This document shows positions 49,964 to 63,618 of a stretch of DNA of 64,000 bases, in pieces. A program made the position numbers and the translations under genes. Within the stretch, counting starts at the first letter, position 1. Each line of letters starts with the position of its first letter. The stretch comes from Takakia lepidozioides. Its lineage: Eukaryota > Plantae > Bryophyta. A model generated the notes under the pieces. It did not search any database. It was given only the letters and a program-made list of their open reading frames with translations, and was not told the origin of the DNA. The DNA lies in NCBI GenBank assembly GCA_030704615.1, contig CM060734.1, positions 36,518,001-36,582,000 on the forward strand. Reading direction: 5' to 3'.

Positions 49964-50133
49964 ATTAATATATATCCTTTGCATTGGCTAAATTTGTATA
50001 TCGTTCGATTTTGATGTCGACGTTTAATGAATTTGGAGTCATGCAAATTGTGTTATTAATATATATCATTTGCATTGTCTAATGTATGTCATTCGACTTT
50101 GACGTCGACGTTTAAGGAATTTGGAGTCATGCA
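49964..50133. repeat. Tandem duplication, 2 x ~80-90 bp
   Basis: attaatatatatc.tttgcattg.ctaa...ttcga.tttga.gtcgacgtttaa.gaatttggagtcatgca occurs twice. Confidence 0.8.
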
Positions 50134-53100
50134 CATTCACTTGAAAACTAAATCTTGATTCATTGCTTCATAATATTGTACTTATTTGATTTAATTTAAA
50201 TATAAAATTATATTAATTTTTGTCCGGATTTAAGCCGAAAGTCCAGAATTAGTTAAAATTGAGTTATGTTGATAGAGCGACGATGTGCAAGGTACTAACC
50301 TGGAGTGGGTCATCCGAGTAGAGTTGAGCCAAATCCAGTTATTATCTATCTCTTTGTACTTGTAGCGATTTTTTCAATATCCAGAGAGTCTTCGAACGTG
50401 TCGCTGAGTGCTTGGGGTGGTGGAGGTGACAGTGTCTGCCTTAATCGAGGTGTGTGTAGCTGTTTGAGTTGGGTATGCCAGTAGCAAGTCAACATCCAAT
50501 TCTGTCTTGTTTCCAGTGGGTTGGATCCGAGTCTTGGAGTGCCATCTGCATCCTCAACCTAATCACTCCAGCCCTGGTGATAGTGTTTATTCCAGATGCG
50601 GGCTTTACAAGCATTCTTTCCTGATTCACCTGATTTGACATAGATGGAGTATTGAGGGTATCGTGTATCTTCCATATACAATGATATTGTAGCTGGGCAG
50701 GAGTGACATCATTATTAGTGCGATGAGGAAATGTGTTCCAGATCTGTTTGAGGTGTCATATGAGGATCATGGTGTGATGTAAATAACTTTAGTGAGTATT
50801 GTGAGCTGAAATAAGTCACAAGACGAGCATGATGATAGAGTGAGGGAAGTACCATATTGTTTTTTAGTGGGGTGGTGGGAGAGACATGACTCGTCTTAGC
50901 CGGGGTTCGTGCAGTCTGTTGAGTTTGCTGCATCCTCACTTTATTTGAGCTGTTCGAAGCGGTTTGCCAGCTCCACAATGCAGCATTCTGAGCGAGCAGC
51001 GGACTGCTTTGTTCGCACACTAGCTCAATGTTGTCAGCTTGTCTTCGAGTGATAGACATGGCTGGGGGTACATCTCGGTGCGTGGGTGCCAGTCGAGTAA
51101 CTACCAAATGTTTCTTGTGTATCCAGGGGGCATGTGTGCCTGGATTGGGCGCAGTGCAGTTTTGCAAGTGGATCGCTCGATAAGGACGATATGAGAGAAG
51201 CTGGGCCGTCTCCAAGTCTGTTTATCCCTAAAAGTCGACATAGCTGGAGGGAGCTCAAAGCAGGGGGACGAGAGGATAAGAAAGACGATGATCACGACCT
51301 TGGGTTGCAGGGGTCCATGTTGTGGCGTGGGCGAAGACAACTTCTTGGCTACCTTGGAGTCAGGCCGCTTGAGTATATCAGCAGAGTCATGGACGGCGTG
51401 AGGAGATATTGTGCGTTGTGTGCCAGTCCTCGTGGTTGTGCTTGAGGAGACGTTTGCCATAGTAGTGTCGAGTTCTCCATCTTAACAAGAATAGTCATTA
51501 GTGATGTCATTGCAAGGAGAGCTGGTTCATGTGAGATCTTCTACGTGGGACTTTAGGGTGTGCATCCACAAACAGTCGTAACTATGAACACCATTTGCAC
51601 TGCAGTATACGAAAAAGTCCATATAATGATAAACACTCCATAGCTGGCTCCACTGGATCCGCATGTTGAGGCGAAGGCTTTGGTAACAGACAAAGAGGTA
51701 GGGGAGGAGTGCAATAAGCAGAGAGAGGAGGAGGAACGATGAGGTTGCGATGACGCCTGAAGAGAGCGCCGCAAACATGGTAGTCATGGATAGAATAGCG
51801 GGGTCACTTAACAGAGATGTCAATAAGACGAGATACCTAAAAAGATGGCAGAGCCCTATGGTTTAGGCATGATTAAAATCACTGCTAAGGCGTTGCTACA
51901 GAAAACGGCGGGAGGCGAAGCTCCGCCCCCCGAACATTTCTATACGGAAATTGTAGATTTTCAAATCATCAAGATTACTTATGAGTCACAAATACAGCGG
52001 TTTCGGACAGCATCGCAACCGCGAGTCGGGTTAAAAAAACAGCGATTTCTACTATTAACCGTTAGAACGCGTAAGAAGCCAAACCAATTGATGAGATTAC
52101 TGAATTTTTTTTAATTATTATTTGTAGAAAACCCTTCAAAATAATTATTAATAATATTTAAAAAAATTCAGGAGGTCCCCATAAATGTAAACAAATTGAT
52201 AATTTTATGAAAAAATTAAACTGGAAATTTGGAACCACCAGTGCATACGGTCTTAATTTTTAATTAATGTTTTGTTTTTAAGAATCGAGACCACCAGCAC
52301 TGGCAGTCCATTTTTTCAATAGATTTATAAATTGGTAGAAAAAATCTGGACCACTAGCGTTGGCAGTCCCCATTTTTTCATTAAATTAAAAGATAAAATT
52401 GGGAGTCATCACAAGTACAACGACGGTGACGGTCTCTATTTAGTTTTTATTTACCTCCAAAAACATAATTGGGGTAATATTTCATCTATTTATTTTTTTA
52501 CCACTCAAACTCAAATTTTGAGATACCTCAGAAAATATCATTGAGATAATTTTTTAATTATTGTGAGGATGGTAAAAGTCTACTGCCAAAAAATGAAGTT
52601 GGGATGGAAGGCTGGAGGTTCACGTATTCCGAGTGTAAAGTCCACCCATTGGGATGCATTGGTGAAGTACTAGGAGTCCCCCAAGGGGTAGAAAGAGAGT
52701 GAGAATATGAAAAAAACACGATCCAGTGTACCAACCCATCGAGGGTTGAATGTGTCGTTTCACGGGAGCCCTTCCCTAATAATTATTTCATGATGTCGAA
52801 GTCCTGCTGAAACTTAAAGTCACAAGTTCTGAGAGCTTGAGAGGGAGGAAGAGATAAGAGAAATAAAGTTTGGTATCGGATTGTCCGCGCTCTGCATCTG
52901 ATTATCTGATTCTCATTTTTTTCATTGTTTGTTAGGTTCAGCGTTCAGCAGTTGATTTGTTAGGTTTAGCTGTATGATGTGGTTTGGCGTTCAGCAGGGC
53001 GATCGAGAGAGCTGGTGCCCAGTTGGTGATTTGATTGGTGCGAATATTCTTCAAGCACCATGGTAGGACCAAGCTCAAGGTATGCAATCTCCTTCAGATT

Positions 53101-56100
53101 GTCTTTTCGTATCTTCCCAGAACTGATTGCATTATGATAATTTGTCAGAGGGAGGTCTCACGTGCTTCTCAGGTAGCATCTCATTTGTATTTTCGTAGGG
53201 GAGGTTTCCCGTGCTACTCAGGGGATTTCTCCCGTAGTTTTCTCAGGGGAGGTATCCCGTGATCAAATCCTATTGTCTCTTGTGGTTAGTCTCGCGGTAG
53301 GTTAATGTCACGGGAGACCTCCCCTAATATTTAAGACGTAGTCTCGAAGAGCGACAGAAAGTATCTATTGTCAACCGGAAATGAGGTCATCCGCCAACCT
53401 AGTGACATGGCCAAGGTTAAGGAAGCCATGGACGAGGATTTTGAGTACTATCATGAACTTATGAACGTATCCAAGTTCCATAAGCGAGTCAAATTAAAGT
53501 TTCTAAATACTCCGAAAAATAAATATCATGATCGATAGTTTCACTGGCGGTCATGATTTGTTTTTATATTTTTAAATAATTTGGGATCGCCATTGGTGGC
53601 GGTCAGGGTTTCTGCTCTAATTAAGAGATAAATCGGGACTCGGTTTTATTTTATTTTAATTTTCAAAACTGGGGAATACTTTGGCTGGTGGTCCCAATTA
53701 CATTTTCATTTTATCGAGACGGCTAACGTTGACGGTCTCATTTTAGATAAAAATAAATATGAAAACCGCCATTAATTTGTGTGGATTTATATTTAAAAAT
53801 TATTCGATTAAACTACATATCGCCGACAGTGACGGTCCCTAAGCTGGTGGTCCCAACGTTAATTGTTGGTTTAAAAATATATTGGGACCGCCAATAGTGG
53901 TGGTCCAATTTATTTAATATATAGGACCGGAGATGTATTAGCCCATGCCACACTGATTTACAGGGCGCGTCGCATTCTGACCATTGCAGAGAAGTATCGC
54001 GTATATTGACTTGCCGCACAGATCGAACCCCGGGGCCCGGAGCACAGAGGAATATCATTTCCACGTTTTTTTCGGTTCAACACACGTTGGCCGGATTATT
54101 GTCAGTCACCTTTCTTAGGCTGTATTCATTTTGACTCGGCATTTGAGGCCCATCTTGTGTGGCAGGTGGCCAAATAGGCATGTTGTGCGTTGGGCCGCAC
54201 CATTACAGATACATTGTTGTATATGCATTGTAGGACCATTCGATGATCCGCTCCATTGACCATCCGTCAATTTTCGTGGTCCCATTATATTAGAAATGCT
54301 GGAGATGATACGATAGCGCCCCATCACCCGGTACTATAATGAATATTCACGGTAAGGAGAACCCGATGATATAATCATACTGCAACTCAATGATAGCCAT
54401 GATGTTAGTACAACAATAATTCATCCTAGAGACTATTCAGAGCGTTAATGAGTGTGACACTCTAATGACATTCACATGCCTCAGAAAGGTATAACAAATA
54501 AAAAACAATGAATAAAATATAAAATAAAATATAAAGTAAGCATGTACCAAAGCAGAAACCCATCAGTTCTTTTGCAAGTGCCTGCTAAATTTCATAATTT
54601 TCAACAACAGATGGTCCCCCGCGATAACAAACTCCATGGAATGTATTTCAATGATTTCCATGTTTGCCCCTGTCTATCGCAAATCCTCCTCTGCATATAC
54701 CTCTATCTCATCACCTTCCCCATCAATGTCCATATACTCATCTTCATCATCTCTTCGTCGTCCGTGGAGTCCCTTGCTGAAAAGCCGTTCCCATTCTCGG
54801 TCTGCTGAATCAACATTGTCTCATCATTTTCGTGCTTGGCAAGACATTCGACGATATCGTCCAGAAAAAGAGTCCACCATGACGTCGATGCAGGCCTGTC
54901 CTCCCCATTGCCTCGGACACCACTACTGCTAGCGTCTGCATTGAAAGAGCTCGCGTCCATCTTATCTAAAAACAGACTATCCAAAGACACAATCGATTGG
55001 AAGAGAAAGTGACCCTACACAATGTGGTTGTAGTCGTTGCAGACTACAAGTACCAACCAGCCGAAAGCGCTGCTGTGACTGACAAAAGCTAATAGGCGTC
55101 GAAGAGCAGCCCTTCTGTTGAAAGAGAAAGTGACAGACGACAATGTGATTGTAGTCGTTGCAGACTACAAGTAGTCATGTACTCTAAATCACTTTCGCTC
55201 GTGACAAAAACTGGTAAGCGTCGAACAGCAGCCCCTCTATTATTTTGGAGCTTCCGGTTGTTTCAAAATACATTTTTTATTGCCGCTGTAGATACCACTC
55301 CATAGTCCACTTTCCACCTGGCCGATACTTTTTTCCTTCTTTTCGTTTTTATCCGTTTACATTTCCAATTTGATCGTGCGCGAATCTTCTGTCTATATTT
55401 GTAATGGATGACATCATCTGGATGATCAGTTTCATGGTCTTTAGGTCTGGAGTTCAACTTCTTGTGTATGCCATAAATGAGAATGTCTGCATGCCACCGG
55501 GGTGAGTCAGGGCTCAAATCTCATTATCGTCATATTTATTAATTAACAGTATGCGATCTTCCACATTTGAAATATCTACTCATACTAACTACACTTCATG
55601 TCTTGTATTAATTTCTAGCATTTTTTAGTACTGTACCTATTCCCGCGGACTTACTACTGCGCCCATATTCTCGCGGGTATGTGCCCCCAGACCTCTCTGA
55701 CAGTCTGTAATCGGCAACGACTACATAGGTTCGGCAATTGCCGAACCTATTTTTGAGTAACTGAACCTATAGATTGTTGCACTTACTGATGATGCACCTG
55801 TTTTTTTTCAACTTCAAAAGCTGTCGGAATTGCGATTGGAAATGCAAAATTTGAGGAATATTCCATGAAAATTTGTTTGCTCATGCTAAATTCTGCTCAT
55901 GTTCATACTCACCGCTCATGCAATGTACACACCCAAAACAATGTTGTATCTAAATTACTCCGTGTACTCTCTTTTGTTTATATAGTCTCCGTGAACAGCG
56001 CGGAAGGGCAATAAAATCTAAACCTTTAGAATTCGCTGTAGATACTGAATCAACTTTCGGACCTAAAACTTAAGTAAATCAAGCTTAAAATAAACTCGTT

Positions 56101-57639
56101 CACATCCTTAAACTGTATATAACAAGAAACTGGAAGTTCACTAGTACGATAGTCGTGTGCCAATAGACATTTTTGTCAACAGCTAAACCATCTTCATTGA
56201 GTTCAACAGATACACTGCAAATACTGCAATCATTTTAAAACTAATAAATTATCTGTATACGGTAGACAAACATTACAGATTCCAACCTAGTAATCTATCT
56301 GCCATCTAATATGTGCAGCTTTTGATGACATATGTGTTAAAGTCCCTAAATAAACATAAGGACATGCGCAAGGAGAAACATAATTCATTTTCACATACAG
56401 ACACGCGAATCGACAACCCTCTCTAAAATAATCGTCCCGAACAGCACCAAATAATTTTATTGCGAAATCAATGACGGAACGAAAATTGGTCCCAACACCT
56501 CCTCGGATAATTCACCTTGAGATCATAGAGACTAATTATCAATAGAGATTCCAATATGCCACCATTAGTTTTCGCAACATGTCGATTTTTCATTTCGAAA
56601 ACACGAGTGTATTTTATCTTTCTCACTAAATCAGACCGAGTACTAAGAGGCACAGTCGCATCCATCTGTGCATCTGCATCAGATGGATGCACAGTCGCAC
56701 TTCACTAGAATTATCATTCATCACACGATCATAATAATTATCATCTTCCCAAACCCCATGAACCAGATTCACACATTCAACCATTTCGAATTTTGTCCCA
56801 TAGTGACTTATATGTATGGAATAATAAATTATGTACGGCGCCTCTACAGCAAACCCTGTTGTCAATTATGACGTAACGTGACACAAACACGTCAGACATG
56901 CAACACGTCACGTCTCAAACCGATTTTACATCGTGAATTTTTTTTGCTATTTTATTTTCAAGAGACCAAATTTATCCCATTGTCGAGGTAACAGCCTGCA
57001 CACATGGTCCCTCCCCCTCCCCTCCGTTTTTTTTAAAATGCGTATATTGTCAATATTGCCAATATTACGACCATCAACACAGAAAAAAATTCATTTATTT
57101 TTTTATTGAATCTTAAAATCGTCAATATTGACGGTTTCATGTTTTTTCTCTTGTTTAAAAAATGCGTACGATCGCCAATACTGGCGGTCGCATGCATTCT
57201 TAAGGAAAATAAATATTTTCTTAAAAATATCTACACACATTTTAGAAATGAGAAAAAAACATGTGACCGCAACTACTGACTGTCACAATCATAAAGTATA
57301 ATTTATTTTTAATTTAAAAAACCAATTTCAGTTTTTTTCTTGAAAAACATGTGCGACCCTCAATATTTATGGTCGTCTGCATTTGTTTTTAAAAAATAAT
57401 TACGACCGTCGATGTGAACGATCATGGTATTAAAAAATTAAAAAAATAAAGCGACATAGTTGCTAAAGTGACACAGTTTTAGCTTTAATTTATTTTTACT
57501 AATATATCCGCCAAATCGACGTGACGTAGATCCCGTCAACGTCGGGTTTGATGGGACCTAACATGACGCGACCGACATGACGCTGATAACTATGGCTCCG
57601 TCGGATGACGAGCGGCGGAGGTCATTTATTTTAATATAT

Positions 57640-59940
57640 TTAATTATAGTAAAATTGTGATCGTCAACGCGGTCCAGATATTAATAATTAGGATCTTCAG
57701 CTATCATGGTTTCTATGTTAATAATAAAATAATAATGAAATTGGGACCGCCAGATTTTGCGGTTCCGATATTGATAAGAAATAATATAAATATTAGGACC
57801 GTGAATATGTTTTTTTTTTTTTTTTCCTTGATGACCGATTGGCGACGATGACCGCTGGACAACCGTTCGACGATGGCAAACCGTGACTATGTTTTTTTTT
57901 TTGTTAAGTTTTTTTTCGGGGTGGTAGGGCAACTGCTAGAAGATGGTGACGGTCGTCTCACTGTCGCCGATGGCCTAGCGACCGTGAGGCACATTCTAAT
58001 TACTAAAATTCAATTTCCCATACGTGTAACTTTCGAAAGACGTTGACATTTACGTGATACACTTTTCACCTTGGCCAGAAATTAGATTACTGATACTTTA
58101 AACTAACGTGACGTAGGCCGTGTCAGCATTAGGTTTGACGCGACCTAACGTCAGTGATGTAGATAACCGAGGCAACAAACAAATGTGTATGTCGTTGAGG
58201 TGGTCTTTCCAACTTGCTCATTCGCACGGGTTTTGCAACGACGTTATGGTGTGAGCGTGTGAACCCAGACTCACGCTTTGGAATCACATGATGAATTAAC
58301 GGATGGATGAAATTATAAGATGGATGAAATATGACCAAGTCAGCAGATTGATGAAAAAATAAGTGGCTCGATCTAGTCTGTCCAAATGAAGCCTGAAATG
58401 AGCAGATTTGAAGAAGAAAAATAATATATATTTTATATTATAATAATGGACACTGTAGAAAAATTGATTAAATAGTCTTATGGGTATCAGTGCTTACATG
58501 CACCTTAGTTGGTTACTATTTTTAAGAGTCCATTCGTCAAATCGACGGTGATAGTGACGAGGGAATGAACCTTAGTTGGTTAAATGTTCTAAATGTTCCG
58601 CATTCTAAGTGACTGCAACCATTCCTTTCACTTTCCATGCATTGAAGGGTGACTGCTTCGAAACGGGTCATGCCCTGTTTGCCGCAATAAGATCTGAGAC
58701 ATTGTAGTCATTGCAGAAAGAAAACTTATATGTATTGTATGACACACAAGTGGTTACAAATAACATGTTTCACTTCTCTTCAACATCATAATGAAGGGTT
58801 AGGAAAGAATGAAAGTATGAAACCAAATCTAAGTGATTAGGGCATCAAACCAAGCCTGATTAACCTAACTAACCATGAGTTGAGAAGGGCATGGGATGAA
58901 TCATGGGGAGATGGAACATAGAGCGGATGGCGAATGTGGAGCATGGAGGCGCCATAGAGACTGGCTATGGCGGCTAAAGCATAACATGGAGGCTTATGGA
59001 GGTTCCAGTGCATTAATGTGGGGTCCATATTAATGTGTTCCACTGACAGACGCTTTATATGGGAGACCCTGGATGAATAGATTACAAATAGCCTGAGGCG
59101 AATATGTGTTCCCTAAATATTTTCCGTGTGGTCTCTTGAAGCTCTGGAGCCCAGGCTATGGTTCCCCAAATGTGACAGCAAGCTTTACTATACCTACCAT
59201 CTCGAACCTCACCCTAAGTTGAAATTTCAAATCATCAAAATAATTAACAATGCTATAAACAATTAGTTTATGTGACATTAGGTATTTAATTAATCATCAT
59301 GTTCTCTTTAACATGATTGACTTCTCAGCAAGCAGTTCTGTACAACACTACCACAACATGTGCATAGAAGCAAGTTGGGGAGACCTCATAAACGACATAC
59401 ATGTTTTTTTTGCTGTCGTCATTATCTGTGTCACTGACGTGACGCGACGCGACGTATTTTTGAAAAATGTAACACTTAAGCATCCATGTCATTCAGAAAT
59501 TACAAGTACGAAAAAAAAAACTTCAATTATGAATTTTAGTAATTAGAAAGTGATTCACGGTCGTCCGGCCGTCGACGACGGTGGGGCGATCCTCGTCGTC
59601 ACTCGGCGGTGGCCCGACCAAAGACGAAAAATAAAAATAAAATAATAAAATAATATATAGCCGCGGTATGCCGCCATCAGACGGTCGTGCAACGGACGTC
59701 CAATCGTTGTCATCGTCAATCAATAATCAGAAAAAAAAAATAAAAATAACAACGGTCCTAATATTTTTATTATTTTATTAATATCGAGACCGTCAAATTT
59801 GACGGTCCTAGTTTATTATTATTATATTAGTAATATCTGGACCATCAGAGCTGACAATCCTAATTATTAATAATTAATAATATCATAATCGTTAGAGCTG
59901 ACGGTCTCAATTTTATTATTATTTTATTATTAATGTCGGG
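57640..59940. repeat. Long diverged inverted repeat (arms ~57640-58010 and ~59525-59940)
   Basis: The reverse complement of 57830-58012 (gaattttagtaattagaatgtgcctcacggtcgctaggccatcggcgacagtgagacga..) aligns to 59531-59720 (gaattttagtaattagaaagtgattcacggtcgtccggccgtcgacgacggtggggcga..). Both arms continue outward into GGGACCGCC-type palindrome arrays. Confidence 0.75.
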
Positions 59941-60939
59941 ACAATCAAAGCTGACCATCCCATTGCTTCCCACTGTTAGAGCGCACTGCCCAGCACTTCA
60001 CTCGTGATGTGTTGGATGTTCGTGCAATGTGCCAGCATGTTATGGTGCGCCAGCTAAATATATGACGCAGTGAGTGTGCATAAGCAGCTGTGTCTGATGG
60101 TCCTATGAGCTGGATCTGCCCATGCCCATCCTGAGCCAGCACACCCCCTAGCCCTCCCTTTAGGAGATAGACGACATCTTGAGATTATGTCCTGTGGGAT
60201 CATTGCAGTGAAAGACAAATATGACACATCGACCGATCTTGACGAGGCTTCCCAGGCATAACCTGCGACGTACCCTTAAAATATCACAATGTCCGCAATG
60301 TCTTGCACGGTATCGTTAAAGTGCTGCTTCTGGAAGCTCCTAGACACTATTTAGGAGTCCTCATGCGAAGTCGTCCGCATGTCGTTCCTCGACGTTCATC
60401 CTCAGTTTGCGTTGATTAAAATGAAATTTTTTTCAAGTAGGTCGACTATTGAAATTGTAACTATATTTATAGATTATGACAGTCTGGTTTGATTTGGATT
60501 GGATTTTTCATTTATTGTTTTAGATTGGGTGATCAGTATCAGTTCTAATGAAACATGATGATTCAAGTCTATCTCGTATCACTCGATTTAACTTGACGAA
60601 AATATCAAATAACATACTTATTATTATTATTATTTAAAAAAAACAGATGGGTATATTGCGATGGGATGTAGTGTCATATTGGAGCACACTGAATAATCAG
60701 AAAGAGCGTTATCAACACATGTACAATGTGATCGTCAGAGCTAGCAGTGCTAATTTGTTTATTATTTTTGTTATTATAAAGATCACGAAAGCTTGCGTTC
60801 TTGATTTTTTTGTTGATAAAAAATAAAAACAAATAAGGATCGTCAGCTCAGGCGGTCCCGATAGTAATAATTAATAATTGGGACCGTCAGCTTAATGGTC
60901 TCGACATTAACAATAAAATAATAAAGAAATCAGGCCACT

Positions 60940-61640
60940 CCAGAGTTTGGATGTTCCGGCTTCAAGGTTTGTTGGTCGCCACCACCTTCTGCCCTGGTGA
61001 AACCGAAGATGATGGAGATTGGGCACTGCCCAACAGACATCGTCTACTGTGTCGGTGGCCAATCGAGCCAGTATGTGCTGGACATACCTGATATTCCCGA
61101 TGTTTGGCCTGTGATGGTTGGGACAAATCTAAGTCAGGCGGAGGTTGACTCCTTGACCAAAGCAGACTTTCGACTTGTTTCCCCAGAGGACATAGACAAT
61201 TCCCAAGGTGAATGAGACTGTGTTACGGAAGATATCAATAACTTGGATCCAAACACGTACACGACGAGAAGTTGGGACAGAGTATATCGGCAGAACAAAC
61301 AGTCAGCTCTTGCTCGTAAGAAGATGGAGTTAGCTCAGTCTTTGCAAGCCACAGTGCGATTATTCAAGGACGTTCCTCACCTGAGAATTGGACGTGTGTA
61401 CACACTGTGCACGCCGGGATTAGCCAAAACAGGGGAGGTGTACAATGTTTGCATCTCCAGAAATCTGGAGTGCACATGTCCTGATTTTGACAAAATGAAG
61501 AAAATAAAATGATCATACACCCACTGCAAGCACATATACTATATTATGTTGCACCGTTTGAAGATGCCAGAAGACCAGGACGTCATAGATCACGTAACTC
61601 TCACCATATCTAAGGTCAGGGGTATGTTAGTTCGTGATCC
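60940..61640 (+). pseudogene. SWIM zinc-finger-containing ORF relic, probably transposon-borne
   Basis: YNVCISRNLECTCPDFDKMKKIK*SYTHCKHIYYIM matches the CxC-xn-CxH SWIM motif. In-frame stops are present. Confidence 0.7.
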
Positions 61641-63039
61641 CTGTCGTTGGGTCCCATAGAGACCCAAAAAATATCCGTGGTCTCCGTGGTCTCCGCAAAT
61701 CAATTACTGTGACTCGGTATTGATTGCAGAGGTCATGGGCGGGTGCACGCTCACAATAGCGTTATTCTGTTTACAGTGTTTTGGCTACTTCAACAAAGAA
61801 ATGATATAATATAGAAATGATAAATTCACCATCGTTTGTATGTTTTGGTGTATCTTTTGAACCTGGACAATGGTCCAATCAATGAGGTGAGCAATTTTTT
61901 GTAGAAGTTTTTTTAAACTCCAATACGATAGGGTTCAGTTGTAGGATCTCTGACATTAGGACATGGTTGGAATCCTTGTAGTCTGTGCCGACTACAAAGT
62001 GCATGACCATTTAGATGAACTTATTAACTCTAACTCTTTGCTCAGATAAGCTCATGCTTCAATTCCCACTTATTGACAATCCGTTAAATATGACTCCATA
62101 TCCATCTTCTTTCACTCAATTCTTGTAGTTGGTGCCGACTACATGAGATGGACATGTTGGATAAACATTTTTGCCAGTAGCATTTCCGAACACACAAACT
62201 ATATACCCACTGGATTATATTGCTGACATGGCCAAAATAACCTGCACCAAAATAAATGTCATCGAAATTTATATTCTCATGGGTTCACACTTGATTGTTT
62301 GAAGTACGGATGCAGAGGCAACGTGCTCATCTTCTTGAAATCATTAAAGTCGGTGCCGACTATAAGGTTTTGGGCCTGCATTGGTCAGAGGATATGCTTT
62401 CTGCACTTGTTCCAGTTTTTGGATGAAATCAACATTTGTTGGTACCTGCATTTCCGTTCTGATTTCCTTATAGTCGTTGTCGACTATCTATACTGTCTTA
62501 GATTCGGACGACGGCTGTGAGGGAATGTCCCTTCACCTCAACGCATATGTGAATATATCGTATTTTTCATTTCAGAAAGTCGTAGCGGATCATATTGTGT
62601 TGGTGCTCAATAACCGAAATTCCCATTCATGTATCATTAAAGTCGTTGCCGACTTTAAGGTTACTGGGCAAACATCAAATGACATGTCCAACCACTTTCC
62701 AACTAATCAAAACAGCTAAAGCACAACACGCCATACAAAATTTAGAAATTGGAAGGTACAATTTGTTTTTATTCTTCATAGTCGTTGCCGACCTCAATGT
62801 ATATAGCCTCGTTAATCTCTCTTTATGTTACTTTGAAGAGAGAGATAAAAAATTGAATCACAGCATTGTGGTTGAGAATTTTTGTTTTCATAAACCCTGA
62901 AGTTTATGACAACTCTGTTGTGACTCCTTAAACTGATCTAATTTTAGGGTTATCTTCTAAGTTTGTACAATAAGAACGTGTCTACGCAATTGATCACTTG
63001 TGCGTAACGACACCGTTCATTTTTAAAAAAAAAACTAGG

Positions 63040-63618
63040 TGCAACCGCTGAAATTCAACGGTCGCATGTAATTCATAAAAAAACAAATAGAAGCGGCCGC
63101 CGAATTTTCGGCGGTTGCTTATATTAAAAAAAAAAAACAAAAAAAAACAAGCGCTTGTCGAAATTTAGCGATCGTTTGTATTTAAGAAAATAAATTAATA
63201 CTTGCGACCGCCAAATTTTGGCGGTCGCTTATATTTTATTAGAAAAAACAGACGACCGCCGATTGCGACCGTCACTTGTATTTTTAAAAATAAATAAATA
63301 CATGCAATCTCCGTATTAAGGCGGTCGTTAAATAAATCAATAAATACATATGACCACCGAATTTCGATGGTCGTTTGTATTTAAGAAATAATTAAATACG
63401 TGTGACCGCCGAAAGTCATCGTCGTATATTTGTTTAAAAAAAAATAGGCGACCGTCGATATTTTTTTATCGCTTAGATTTAAGATATAGAACAAATACAA
63501 GCGACCGCCGAAGTGTATTTCTTTTAAGAAAAAATATATGCGACCGTCAAATTTTGGCGGTCGCTTGTATTATATAAAACATATAAATACAGACGACCGC
63601 CGAAGGTGATCTGTAGTG
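63040..63618. mobile_element. CACTA right terminus with subterminal palindromic repeat array
   Basis: About 12 units of GCGACCGCC(G/A)AA..GGCGGTCGC with AT-rich spacers end in ctgtagtg at 63611-63618 (reverse complement CACTACAG). The sequence character changes abruptly after this point. Confidence 0.8.

Noticed and set aside
54703-55517. Acidic 95-aa and basic 84-aa minus-strand ORFs
   Set aside because: Short, unrecognisable and within decayed TE sequence; not enough support for a gene call.
59974-60160. Possible short LTR (TGTTAG..CCAGCA) followed by a PPT-like pyrimidine run
   Set aside because: Single copy, no TSD and no convincing pol sequence adjacent.
63040-63610. CRISPR-like look: ~25-bp palindromic repeats with ~25-bp spacers
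   Set aside because: The repeats are degenerate, and the spacers are low-complexity, AT-rich and similar to each other. There are no cas genes, the context is eukaryotic, and the array ends in a CACTA terminus. These are subterminal repeats.
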